Shown piece after piece: positions 10,021 to 18,964 of a DNA stretch of 64,000 bases. Under the pieces are notes generated by a model. It was given only the letters and a program-made list of their open reading frames with translations. It was not told the origin of the DNA and did no database searches. The first letter of the stretch is position 1, and every line of letters starts with the position of its first letter. Source of the DNA: an uncultured Gammaproteobacteria bacterium (lineage in GTDB: Bacteria; Patescibacteriota; Patescibacteriia; UBA9934; GWF2-40-263); contig CAYNRK010000003.1 in NCBI GenBank assembly GCA_964399675.1, positions 73,033-137,032 of the forward strand, read 5' to 3'. The position numbers were made by a program, and so were the translations under genes.

Positions 10021-10037
10021 AAAATGAAATATTATCT

Positions 10038-10511
10038 ATGACCAAGCAAGACTTAGAACAAATCGTGAACTACATTGTTGAGCAAGGACAACGGGCAATT
10101 AGTGAGAATACTGACGAAACAAATCTGTCCATTGATTACATGGGAATTTTTTGCAAAGACGATTCTGAGTTTTTAGAAATGGAAAGTCTTTTAAGTACCC
10201 TTGGTAAACCAGGAGACAAAACTGCAACAAAGTCAGGTTCAACTTTTTTGTTAGATACGCCTTTTGATACGCCGGCTGGTCTACTAAAAGTACTCAAGGC
10301 AAGGAAGCCAGACAAGACAAGACCTCAGCGCGGCGCACCTGATTTTAAAGTTAATGATTACCAGGCATTCAAAGAAAAATATTTTTTAAGCGGAACAAAC
10401 TCCAACTTTTCATTAATGATCAGAAAGGAATACGAAATGTTTGAACTCAAGGGTGAGGATGTTTTAGTGTATTTTCCAAGTCTGGCATTTGATGAGAGGC
10501 AACCGGCCTAA
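10038..10511 (+). CDS. hypothetical protein (157 aa), last cassette of the island
   Basis: AT-rich ORF with no recognised family, followed by a 46 bp perfect-arm palindrome. Confidence 0.45.
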   Translation: MTKQDLEQIVNYIVEQGQRAISENTDETNLSIDYMGIFCKDDSEFLEMESLLSTLGKPGDKTATKSGSTFLLDTPFDTPAGLLKVLKARKPDKTRPQRGAPDFKVNDYQAFKEKYFLSGTNSNFSLMIRKEYEMFELKGEDVLVYFPSLAFDERQPA

Positions 10512-10526
10512 AGAATTTTGGTAGTA

Positions 10527-10572
10527 TTTCGTACATTAAATTCGTATATGCGAATTTAATGTACGAAATAGA
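10527..10572. repeat. 46 bp near-perfect palindrome (22 bp arms)
   Basis: atttcgtacattaaattcgtatatgcgaatttaatgtacgaaat. The central 13-mer aattcgtatatgc also occurs at 8477-8489 at another cassette boundary. Confidence 0.7.
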
Positions 10573-10805
10573 GCTGCACAGAACTTGACGTCTCTCCCTC
10601 AATACGATACGATTTTTTTGTTGCGGGGACAAAGGACAAGTGGTTTCAAAAGCTGCCAACAGAGACAAAGGGTCAAGGCTGAGAGCCCTTTGAGGAAAGT
10701 CTGATATCACACCACCTTTTGAGCAACACCTACAAAGTAAGGGGTTAATCGGTGAGAAAAACCAATTAACAATTCGGGTGGAACCGTCTGGCCTTTAAGC
10801 TGGAT

Positions 10806-10838
10806 CCCGAAGCTTCACTTGCGTGAAGTTTTTTGTTT
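10806..10838 (+). terminator. intrinsic terminator
   Basis: cccgaagcttcacttgcgtgaagtt followed by TTTTGTTT. Confidence 0.6.
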
Positions 10839-10850
10839 AATAAATTTAAA

Positions 10851-11016
10851 AGAAATTTATGGAAATAGATTGAAATAGATTCAAAATATGGAAATAAATA
10901 GAAATAGATTGAAATAAGCAGAAATTTGTTGAATACAACTTAATTTCTATAAGTTTCTACCTATTTCCGTACTCTGAACCTATTTCCACATATTTCTACT
11001 ATATTTCAATAACAAT
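10851..11016. repeat. GAAATAG(ATT) iteron-like array arranged as a long imperfect inverted repeat upstream of thrS
   Basis: The left half ggaaatagattgaaatagattcaaaatatggaaataaatagaaatagattgaaat is mirrored by a right half ctatttcc...ctatttcc...atatttct...atttcaat around a near-palindromic centre. Confidence 0.6.
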
Positions 11017-12759
11017 ATGGACACAAAACAATTACAAAAAAACAGACATTCAATTTGCCACATGATGTCAATGGCGATTCTTGAGATTTATCCAAAAGCC
11101 GGGTTGGGTGTTGGGCCGTTTATTGAGAATGGTTTTTATCAGGACTATGATTTGCCTGAGCCAATCTCAGATGAGATTTTTGACGAGCTTGAAAAGCGAA
11201 TTAAGGAAATGATTAAGCAGAATATTGCGTTTGTTCAGCATGACATGTCTTTTGAAGATGCACTTAAGGAATACAAACACGATCCGTATAAAACAGAAAT
11301 GATCGAACAGCTAAAGGAGAAGGGGGAGAAGAGTGTTAGTTTTTTTAAGTCAGATGAGTTTGAGAACTTGTGCAAAGGGCCGCATGTTGGCACAACAAGT
11401 GAAATTGATCCAGACAGTTTTAAATTAACAAAAGTTGCTGGAGCTTATTGGAGAGGGGATGAAAAGAAAAAAATGCTTACGCGTATTTATGGTGTTGCGT
11501 TTGCAAACAAAAAGGAACTTGATGCGCATTTAAAAATGTTAGAGGAAGCTGAAAAGCGTGATCACAGAAAAATTGGTCAAGAACTGGATCTGTTTCACTT
11601 TTCAGATCTTGTGGGATCAGGCCTGCCTTTGTTCACAGAAAAGGGGACAGCAATTCGTGACGTTCTTAAAGATTTTATTTGGGATCTCATGAAGCCGTAC
11701 GGATATACTCGTGTGACAATTCCTCATATTGCAAAGTCGGACTTGTACAAAAAATCAGGCCATTGGGATAAATTTGCTGATGATATTTTTCATGTTTCAA
11801 GTCAGAAAACAGAACAGAAGTTTGTTATCAAACCAATGAACTGTCCTCATCACACTCAACTTTACGCAGCCCGTCCGCGATCATACAGAGATTTGCCGAT
11901 TCGAATGAGTGAAGTAACTGCTGTGTATCGAGATGAGAATACTGGACAACTTCAAGGTTTGTCTCGGGTTCGATCGATTACGCAGGACGATGCGCATGTA
12001 TTTTGTCGCATGGATCAGGTTGAGGAAGAGGTGTTGGCACTCTACGACATTGTGAAAAAGTTTTACGCTGCTTTTGACATGCCTCTTAATGTTGCTCTTT
12101 CTCTGAGAGACCCAAAGAAACCTGAAAAGTATTTGGGTGATGATAAAGTTTGGGAAAAGTCAGAAGGAACACTTAGAGACGTTCTTAAGAAATTGAAGAT
12201 CGAGTTTGTAGAGGAAGAAGGTGAGGCAGCTTTTTACGGACCAAAGATTGACTTTATTGCCACAGATGCAATCGGACGTAAATGGCAGCTTGCCACAATT
12301 CAGTTGGATTTCAATTTGCCTGAAAGATTTGAGCTTGAATATATTGATTCTGACGGAAAAAAGAAACGTCCAGTCATGTTACATAGAGCGATTTTAGGTT
12401 CGGTTGAAAGATTTTTGGGGGTGCTTATCGAGCACTATGCTGGAGCGTTTCCTTTTTGGCTTGCGCCAGTGCAGGTTAGGCTTGCAACAGTGAGTGAGGA
12501 TTATGTTGAGTTTGCGGAAAAGTTGAAAGCGGATTTGTTTGAAGCTGGGATTCGTATTGAGCTTGATGGGTCAGCAGAAAAAGTTGGAAAGAAGATTAGA
12601 AATGCTGCCAAGCAAAAAATTCCGTGGACAATTGTGATTGGGAAAAAAGAAGCAGAAGGAGGTGACTTCACAGTAAACGCGTTTGGCAAAGAAGAAGATC
12701 TGACAATATCTCAAGCTGATTTCGTAAAAGAAGCCCAAAAGCAAGGTTCAATTAAATAG
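11017..12759 (+). CDS. thrS: threonine--tRNA ligase (short form lacking N-terminal TGS domain)
   Basis: 580 aa with class II aaRS motifs and the ThrRS catalytic and anticodon-binding regions (HRKIGQELDLF, MNCPHH, FYGPKIDF). Confidence 0.9.
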   Translation: MDTKQLQKNRHSICHMMSMAILEIYPKAGLGVGPFIENGFYQDYDLPEPISDEIFDELEKRIKEMIKQNIAFVQHDMSFEDALKEYKHDPYKTEMIEQLKEKGEKSVSFFKSDEFENLCKGPHVGTTSEIDPDSFKLTKVAGAYWRGDEKKKMLTRIYGVAFANKKELDAHLKMLEEAEKRDHRKIGQELDLFHFSDLVGSGLPLFTEKGTAIRDVLKDFIWDLMKPYGYTRVTIPHIAKSDLYKKSGHWDKFADDIFHVSSQKTEQKFVIKPMNCPHHTQLYAARPRSYRDLPIRMSEVTAVYRDENTGQLQGLSRVRSITQDDAHVFCRMDQVEEEVLALYDIVKKFYAAFDMPLNVALSLRDPKKPEKYLGDDKVWEKSEGTLRDVLKKLKIEFVEEEGEAAFYGPKIDFIATDAIGRKWQLATIQLDFNLPERFELEYIDSDGKKKRPVMLHRAILGSVERFLGVLIEHYAGAFPFWLAPVQVRLATVSEDYVEFAEKLKADLFEAGIRIELDGSAEKVGKKIRNAAKQKIPWTIVIGKKEAEGGDFTVNAFGKEEDLTISQADFVKEAQKQGSIK

Positions 12760-12763
12760 GCAA

Positions 12764-12797
12764 AAAAACCGGTTTAATAAAGCCGGTTTTTTGATTT
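12764..12797 (+). terminator. intrinsic terminator after thrS
   Basis: caaaaaaaccggtttaataaagccggttttttgatt. Confidence 0.6.
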
Positions 12798-12811
12798 GTA
12801 GAAGTTGGGGG

Positions 12812-12840
12812 TTGACAGAATCGGTATTTATGTTAAGTTG
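12812..12840 (+). promoter_or_regulatory. promoter-like element of GC-rich gene B (-35 TTGACA)
   Basis: gTTGACAgaatcggtatttatgttaagttg has a perfect -35, but the -10 is ambiguous. Confidence 0.35.
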
Positions 12841-12875
12841 ATTTGCCGACTCACAGGGTAAGGAGGTGATTCATC

Positions 12876-13361
12876 ATGGCCTCTGTTGCAAGGCTTGCAG
12901 GAAGAGATCCTCGCATTGCACAGGTCTTTGACGAGGCCTTTGCAAACTCACCAGCGCTAGCAGCGTTTCTGACAACGCGAGTGCGCAATATGGGCGGAAC
13001 CGTGCTTGTTGCGCGGCTCTTGGTCAAGCATCTGACCAGCCTATTTCGTGGCGTGTTTCCCCATGTGAACAAGCATGTTGTGGACCGCTTTGACATATGG
13101 CCTCATCAGAGGTCTTTCCCTGCAATGGTCGAGGAACTGCTCGGCGGGGAGACACTTCTGAGAAGGGCTGCCATACTCCACACAAGCATCAGGGGTCGTG
13201 TGGAGATTCCGCCAGGCGCTACCCGCGTGAGGGATTGCACCATCAGGCCAAGACGCGGCACGCACGAGTCCTTGTGCGAGCCCGTGGTCTACGCCTTCTA
13301 CTGCGCATGCGCAATGCTGCGCAATCTACGACTTCCGCAGCCGGTTGCTGCGGCAGCATAA
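12876..13361 (+). CDS. GC-rich foreign ORF B, hypothetical protein (161 aa)
   Basis: Roughly 60% GC with a perfect SD (AAGGAGGTGAttcatcATG) and its own terminator. No family recognised. Confidence 0.6.
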   Translation: MASVARLAGRDPRIAQVFDEAFANSPALAAFLTTRVRNMGGTVLVARLLVKHLTSLFRGVFPHVNKHVVDRFDIWPHQRSFPAMVEELLGGETLLRRAAILHTSIRGRVEIPPGATRVRDCTIRPRRGTHESLCEPVVYAFYCACAMLRNLRLPQPVAAAA

Positions 13362-13362
13362 C

Positions 13363-13393
13363 TGGGACTCATCCGAGTCCTGTTTCTTTTTCT
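13363..13393 (+). terminator. intrinsic terminator of gene B (TGTTTCTTTTTCT tail)
   Basis: The hairpin gggactcatccgagtcc is followed by tgtttctttttct. The same TTTCTTTTT tail occurs after the other GC-rich modules. Confidence 0.6.
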
Positions 13394-13448
13394 CAACGAC
13401 GTCCAGCCCCTTTTCTTTTACATGTTTTTTTGTTACAGTCCGCGCATT

Positions 13449-14789
13449 ATGGATTCAGAATCAAAGCCAAAATATCATATCATCACCTTTGGTTGCCAGA
13501 TGAACAAAAGCGATTCAGAACGCATGGCCAGCTTGCTTAATGGTGTTGGTTTAGAATCAACAGATGAAAAAGAAAAAGCTGACGTGATTCTTGTGAACAC
13601 ATGCTCAGTTCGCAAAAGCGCTGAGGATCGGGTTTTTGGTAAAATCAAATCATTCAAATTACTTAAAAAAGAAAAACCGAATTTGATTATTGGAATAACC
13701 GGTTGCATGCCAGGGCGTGACAGAGAAGGTGCAATGTTGAGAAAGCTTCCGATTGTTGATCTGTATTTTCCAACCGCGGACATGGGGCAACTGCCAAGAT
13801 GGATTGGTGAGCTTCGACCGGAACTTGTTAATAGCGAGGATATTGTTGAGGATTATTTAAAAATCAAACCAGAGTATCATAGTAAGCATCAGGCATTTGT
13901 AAGTATTCAAACCGGGTGCAACAATTTTTGTACTTATTGTGTTGTGCCTTTTGCAAGAGGCCTTGAAAAAAATCGGCCGCTCAAAGATATTTTGGATGAG
14001 ATTAAAGATTTGAGCGATCACGGAGTTGTTGAGATCACTTTGCTTGGTCAGACAGTTAATAGTTACATTGCGCAAGATCCTGAAAATTTTTCAAAAGACA
14101 ATCCATACAAAGATCACTTTGCTGCGCTGCTTTGGGAAGTCAATCAGATCAAAGGAATTTCTCGTCTTCACTTTACAGCTCCGCACCCGCTTCACATGAC
14201 TGATGAAATTATTGATGCCATGACACTGCCGGCGCATTTGAATTTTATTCATCTGCCGGTTCAATGTGGGGATGATGAAATTTTGCGCAAGATGAATCGT
14301 CGCTATACGTCCAAGCAGTTTTTGGAAGTAATTGATCGTTTGCGCGCAAAGATTCCAAACATTGCCATTGCCACAGATATCATTGTTGGGTTTTGTGGTG
14401 AAACAGAAGAGCAGTTTGAGAAAACAGTTGAGATGTACAAAAAGGTTCGTTTTGATATTTCCTATACTGCGCGTTATTCAGAAAGATCAGGGACTGCAGC
14501 TTGGCGAGCTTTTGAAGATGATGTATCGCATGCTGAAAAGAAAAGACGTTGGTTTGTTTTGCAAAAACTTATGGAGCAGATTACGTTTGAGAAAAACCAA
14601 TTGTTTGTTGGAGAAACTGTTTCTGTTTTGGTTGAACGTTATGAGTCGGAATATTGTTATGGAAATTCCAGAGAATTAAAATTGGTAAGGTTTCCAAGCG
14701 ACAAAAATCTTACAGGCGAGATTGTTAATGTTAAAATTGATATGGCTGACAAATGGATTTTGACTGGTTTATTGTCAGATATTAAATAA
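13449..14789 (+). CDS. miaB: tRNA-2-methylthio-N6-dimethylallyladenosine synthase (radical SAM MTTase)
   Basis: N-terminal KYHIITFGCQMNKSDSE, a CxxxCxxC radical-SAM cluster (CNNFCTYC) and a TRAM C-terminus. Confidence 0.9.
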   Translation: MDSESKPKYHIITFGCQMNKSDSERMASLLNGVGLESTDEKEKADVILVNTCSVRKSAEDRVFGKIKSFKLLKKEKPNLIIGITGCMPGRDREGAMLRKLPIVDLYFPTADMGQLPRWIGELRPELVNSEDIVEDYLKIKPEYHSKHQAFVSIQTGCNNFCTYCVVPFARGLEKNRPLKDILDEIKDLSDHGVVEITLLGQTVNSYIAQDPENFSKDNPYKDHFAALLWEVNQIKGISRLHFTAPHPLHMTDEIIDAMTLPAHLNFIHLPVQCGDDEILRKMNRRYTSKQFLEVIDRLRAKIPNIAIATDIIVGFCGETEEQFEKTVEMYKKVRFDISYTARYSERSGTAAWRAFEDDVSHAEKKRRWFVLQKLMEQITFEKNQLFVGETVSVLVERYESEYCYGNSRELKLVRFPSDKNLTGEIVNVKIDMADKWILTGLLSDIK

Positions 14790-14802
14790 TAGTTATTTAT
14801 TT

Positions 14803-14931
14803 TGTCATCTCGACCGAGCGAAGCGAGTGGAGAGATCTCGAATTTACAGGATCGATCATTCAAGATTTCTCGGCTCGCGGAGCCTGTCCTGAGCGAACGA
14901 AGTGAGTCGAATGGGCTCGCTCGAAATGACA
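14803..14931. mobile_element. MITE-like palindromic repeat, family 1
   Basis: tgtcatctcgaccgagcgaagcgagtggagagatctcgaa...cgaaatgaca, lying between miaB and miaA. Confidence 0.75.
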
Positions 14932-14968
14932 TTAGTAATTGATTGATCGAGACAACAAAAACAAAAAT

Positions 14969-15829
14969 ATGAAACCAAAAATAATTGCAATTGTTGGACC
15001 AACCGCATCAGGTAAAACCTCGGTTGGTATTAAGATTGCCAAACAACTGAATGGGGAAATCATTTCAGTTGATTCTCGACAAGTATATCGAGGAATGGAT
15101 ATTGGAACAGCCAAGGACAAAGACTTTGATGAGTGGGGGATTGATTTGGTTGATCCTGATGAAGATTTTTCAGTTGCTGATTTTAAACAGTATGCTGAGG
15201 AAAAGATTGATGACATTATTTCAAGAGGCAAGGTTCCGGTTCTTGTGGGTGGAACTGGAATGTGGCTTAGGGCTTTGATTGATAATTTTAATCTCACACA
15301 AACTCCTGGTAATCCAGAACTTCGCCGCAAACTTGAGGCTTGCACAAAAGAAAATTTGTTTCATGAATATAAACAGCTGGATCCAGACGGGGCTGAGATT
15401 ATTGATAAAGAAAATAAGCGTCGGCTTGTAAGAGCTCTTGAGGTAACAAAGCAAACAGGTATTCCTTTTTCAAAACAAAGCTTAACAGGTGAACCAAAAT
15501 ATGAAGCTGTTCAAATCGGACTTTTGGTTGACAAAGAAATTCTAATAAAAAGAATCAATGATCGGGTTGGTGAAATGATTGAGGAAGGTTTGGTGGATGA
15601 GGTTAAAGATCTGAAAGAACGATTTGGATGCGAAATTGATTCTATGACTGGAATTGGTTACAGACAGATTTGTAGGTTTTTGGATGGAAAGGATTCCTTA
15701 GAGCAAGCAATTGAGGAAATCAAAAAAGCCACCAGGCAATATGCAAAACGCCAGATGACTTGGTTTAAACGTGACAATCGAATTCAGTGGATAAAAAACG
15801 CGGATGAAGTGTTTAAGATCTTAACTTAA
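14969..15829 (+). CDS. miaA: tRNA dimethylallyltransferase
   Basis: P-loop IIAIVGPTASGKTSVGIKIA plus SVDSRQVYRGMDIGTAK. Confidence 0.9.
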   Translation: MKPKIIAIVGPTASGKTSVGIKIAKQLNGEIISVDSRQVYRGMDIGTAKDKDFDEWGIDLVDPDEDFSVADFKQYAEEKIDDIISRGKVPVLVGGTGMWLRALIDNFNLTQTPGNPELRRKLEACTKENLFHEYKQLDPDGAEIIDKENKRRLVRALEVTKQTGIPFSKQSLTGEPKYEAVQIGLLVDKEILIKRINDRVGEMIEEGLVDEVKDLKERFGCEIDSMTGIGYRQICRFLDGKDSLEQAIEEIKKATRQYAKRQMTWFKRDNRIQWIKNADEVFKILT

Positions 15830-17339
15830 CTTTGATAATGTTGCTTGTCACAGCTGGATCTGCAGTTCCTTCTGTTGCTTTCATAACCATTCCAATGAAG
15901 AACTTAATCAGCTTTTCATCTCCGGCTTTATAACGCGCAGCTTCATCAGGATGTGACTCAATCACCTGATCAACAATTTCCGCTAATGCTCCTTCATCAT
16001 CCATTTGTCCCAGTTGTTTATCTTCCAAAACATGACTTGGGTCACTGCCATCATCAAGCATTGCGTTCAAAACTTTAAGACCGCTTGCGTTATTTAGTTT
16101 TCGTTGTGCAATAAGTGTGATGAACTCAGCAAAGTTTTCAGGGTTGATTTTCATTGTTCTAACATCAATACCACGCTCGCTCATAAGACCGCCCAACTTT
16201 GAAAGCATCCAACCGGAATAAAGTTTGGCGATTTTTTGTTTTTCAGTGTTCCAGATTTCTTCTTCAGCTCCATCAAGTTCAGGAAGCGCTTTGATCCATG
16301 CAAAGAGTTCTGAAAAGACATGCTCTGTAAAATCGGCCAGTACAAGATCATCACAGATCTGTTTTGCATCCGATGGTTTCAATCTATATTCTTCTTCAAA
16401 TCTAGCGCGTTTTTGTGCTGGGAGTTCTGGCAAGCTGTTCTTTAATTCATCTGCAATTTTAGCAAGTGCAAGCGCTGGAATATCCGGTTCTGGAAAGTAT
16501 CGATAATCAGCAGCCCCTTCTTTTGAACGCTGTTCTTCTGAGATGCCTTTTTGGTCGTTCCACCCGCGAGTTGTTGATTCTGAGGGAGGAGTTCCTTTAT
16601 CCCAAAGTTTTGTTTGGCGCATGATTTCATATTCAAGAGCTTTCTCAACATGCTTAAACGAGTTGAGATTTTTCATTTCTGTTTTTGGATTGAGCGATTG
16701 TGATTTTGGAAAACCTTTTTTATCAAGCTCACGAAGAGAAATGTTTGCATCACATCGTAAGTGCCCCTTTTCCATGTCAGCATTTGAAACATCAAGATAA
16801 CGTGCAATCAAGCGAAGGTTTTGCAAAAAGATTTTTGCCTCGCGAGGTGTTCGAAAATCCGGCTCAGTAACGATTTCAATAAGCGGTGTGCCACCTCGGT
16901 TAAAATCAACATGTGTTTTTCCATCTTCACCATGAAACGATTTTGCAGCGTCTTCTTCAAGGTGCGCGCGCGTGATCCCGATTTTTGCCACTTCTCTTGG
17001 GCCAGCTGGAATTTCTAAATCTAAATATCCATTCTCAGCGATCGGTAAATCAAACTGTGAGATCTGATAAGCCTTTGTAAGATCTGGATAAAAATAATTT
17101 TTACGGTCAAACTTTGAGTGGTCAGCGATTTTGCAATTAAGCGCAAGGCCTACCAGGATTCCATAATGGATTGCTTGTTCATTGGGCACAGGCAAAACTC
17201 CAGGATGACCAAGACAGATTGGACAAACGTGGGTGTTTGGCGCAACAGCTGAGTCATGTGTTGAGCAGCCACAAAACATCTTAGTTTTTGTTTTGAGCTG
17301 GATATGGATTTCAAGTCCGATTACAGGTTCAAGGTTCAT
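15813..17339 (-). CDS. gatB: aspartyl/glutamyl-tRNA(Asn/Gln) amidotransferase subunit B
   Basis: 508 aa, beginning MNLEPVIGLEIHIQL...FCGCS. Confidence 0.9.
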   Translation of the reverse strand: MNLEPVIGLEIHIQLKTKTKMFCGCSTHDSAVAPNTHVCPICLGHPGVLPVPNEQAIHYGILVGLALNCKIADHSKFDRKNYFYPDLTKAYQISQFDLPIAENGYLDLEIPAGPREVAKIGITRAHLEEDAAKSFHGEDGKTHVDFNRGGTPLIEIVTEPDFRTPREAKIFLQNLRLIARYLDVSNADMEKGHLRCDANISLRELDKKGFPKSQSLNPKTEMKNLNSFKHVEKALEYEIMRQTKLWDKGTPPSESTTRGWNDQKGISEEQRSKEGAADYRYFPEPDIPALALAKIADELKNSLPELPAQKRARFEEEYRLKPSDAKQICDDLVLADFTEHVFSELFAWIKALPELDGAEEEIWNTEKQKIAKLYSGWMLSKLGGLMSERGIDVRTMKINPENFAEFITLIAQRKLNNASGLKVLNAMLDDGSDPSHVLEDKQLGQMDDEGALAEIVDQVIESHPDEAARYKAGDEKLIKFFIGMVMKATEGTADPAVTSNIIKVKLRS

Positions 17340-18066
17340 ATTTTGTCACTTTACTACTCTTTAAATCTTCATACAACATTGTCATGTATGCAAGTTGAAA
17401 TGGGATTAGGACAGCTATTCCGATCATTTCTATAATATCAAGCCAAAGAGGAACCTGGTCTTCAGGAAGCATAAGAAGCTCTTTTGGATCAAGACCGATC
17501 ACAAAAGCAATTAGTGTCACAATCATTCCTAAGACAACAGAATATATTAAAAAGATAATAGTGATTCCTCCAAGAAATTTCCACGCTGTTTGAAAGAAAC
17601 GGCCTTGTACAAGTTCTCTGCTAAAATTTAGCGCTTCTAATCCGCGTTTATTATCAAGCACTGCTGCGATTTGGCTAAAGCCGTACCAAATAAAAAATAT
17701 TAAACCGGGAATAATTAGCAGGATAAATCCACCCAAAATAATTATCAACTGTAAGATTGCCACAACAAGCATTGGTTGGATTTTTTCTAAGGACGTTCTG
17801 TGAAGCGCGTGTGGATTTTGTTCACGTTTGTTTATAACAGAGTCAATGTACATTAGAAGCAGAATTTCCACCCAAACAAGAAAAAAGATTTCTATAACAG
17901 CAAAAAGTAAAATCAAGACAGTTCCAATTCCTGTTTCTGCAAGTGGTTGTAACAAAACAACTCCCAAAAACGGGAGGAGAATCCAGGCTGAATATCCAAT
18001 AAGTGTTCCAGCGTGTGTTTTATAAAGCCCCCAACTTTTTTTCAAAAGCGTTGTGATTGAGGACAT
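17329..18066 (-). CDS. hypothetical polytopic membrane protein (paralog 1)
   Basis: 245 aa with multiple TM helices. The N-terminal motif SW.LYK...G..IGYSAWILL is shared with the next ORF. Confidence 0.55.
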   Translation of the reverse strand: MSSITTLLKKSWGLYKTHAGTLIGYSAWILLPFLGVVLLQPLAETGIGTVLILLFAVIEIFFLVWVEILLLMYIDSVINKREQNPHALHRTSLEKIQPMLVVAILQLIIILGGFILLIIPGLIFFIWYGFSQIAAVLDNKRGLEALNFSRELVQGRFFQTAWKFLGGITIIFLIYSVVLGMIVTLIAFVIGLDPKELLMLPEDQVPLWLDIIEMIGIAVLIPFQLAYMTMLYEDLKSSKVTKYEP

Positions 18067-18067
18067 A

Positions 18068-18964
18068 TTATTTTGATTTCAAACTTTGGTACAAAAGCAC
18101 ATCAGCGGTAACAACAAGCGGATTGATCAAAATAGCAATTAAGATTGGGATAATGCTTTGTGTAAGTGTTGTGACGCGAAGATGCAAATCAATGTTAAGT
18201 CCGATTGAGCCAACAATAACGATCTGCACTATGTATGCGATAACAGATACAGCAAAAACACCAATTAAGATAAAGACAATTTTTGGAACAGCCAGGCGAA
18301 TTAGCACTGACCAGAATTTTCCTTTTACAAGTTCTCGGCTGGTATGAAGCGCTTGCTTTCCCTTTATTTTATCAAACGCTGTTGAGAATGGAGCGAATAT
18401 ATAGTAGACAAGCCACAGTGCCGTGAGGACAAGCGCAACAAATGGTGCCAAGATAAGCAGGATGTTTGCAAGTGTAATAATGGCACTGATATGAACGACT
18501 GTATATAAAAGACTAAGCAGGATTGATGGTGCAAAGCCGATCACTTGAGCCAAAATAATCATCAAGAAAACCAGAATGCTTATAAAGAGAGTTGCTGTAA
18601 ATAGTTGCTTGCTTTCTGTTAGTGCTTTTTTGACATTTGCACCTCTTATCAATCTAACCAGTCCTACAAATATAAAAACCATTAAAAGCGGTGTAACAAC
18701 ATACTGTGTGAGCGCAAATAATATTACACCAAATTTTTCAGCAAAGCTTAGGCTAGCTGAATAAGCCAAAGTTGTTGCTGACGGGTAAAAAGCCAATGAA
18801 ATAACTTCCAGGATGGCTGCGATCAAAAGCCACCCAGAGATACTCATGAATTCAGTGAATCGTTCTTTGTAAAGTTCCCAGGATTCGTCAATTAGTTGTC
18901 CAACAGAAATAAGTTTTGCCATATGATTACAAAAGAGGACAAACAACCCTCCAAATTTTTTCAT
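18068..18964 (-). CDS. hypothetical polytopic membrane protein (paralog 2, start uncertain)
   Basis: About 300 aa. The same N-terminal motif (SWELYKERF...ISGWLLIA) marks it as a tandem paralog of 17329-18066. Confidence 0.5.
   Translation of the reverse strand: MKKFGGLFVLFCNHMAKLISVGQLIDESWELYKERFTEFMSISGWLLIAAILEVISLAFYPSATTLAYSASLSFAEKFGVILFALTQYVVTPLLMVFIFVGLVRLIRGANVKKALTESKQLFTATLFISILVFLMIILAQVIGFAPSILLSLLYTVVHISAIITLANILLILAPFVALVLTALWLVYYIFAPFSTAFDKIKGKQALHTSRELVKGKFWSVLIRLAVPKIVFILIGVFAVSVIAYIVQIVIVGSIGLNIDLHLRVTTLTQSIIPILIAILINPLVVTADVLLYQSLKSK

Noticed and set aside
10575-10838. RNase P RNA (GAGGAAAGTC motif) or tmRNA or SRP RNA
   Set aside because: Only one CR-I-like motif is present. 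There is no P4 pairing partner and no CR-IV or CR-V sequence. The region is too short (about 260 nt) and not GC-enriched. No tmRNA tRNA-like ends or SRP domain IV motif were seen.
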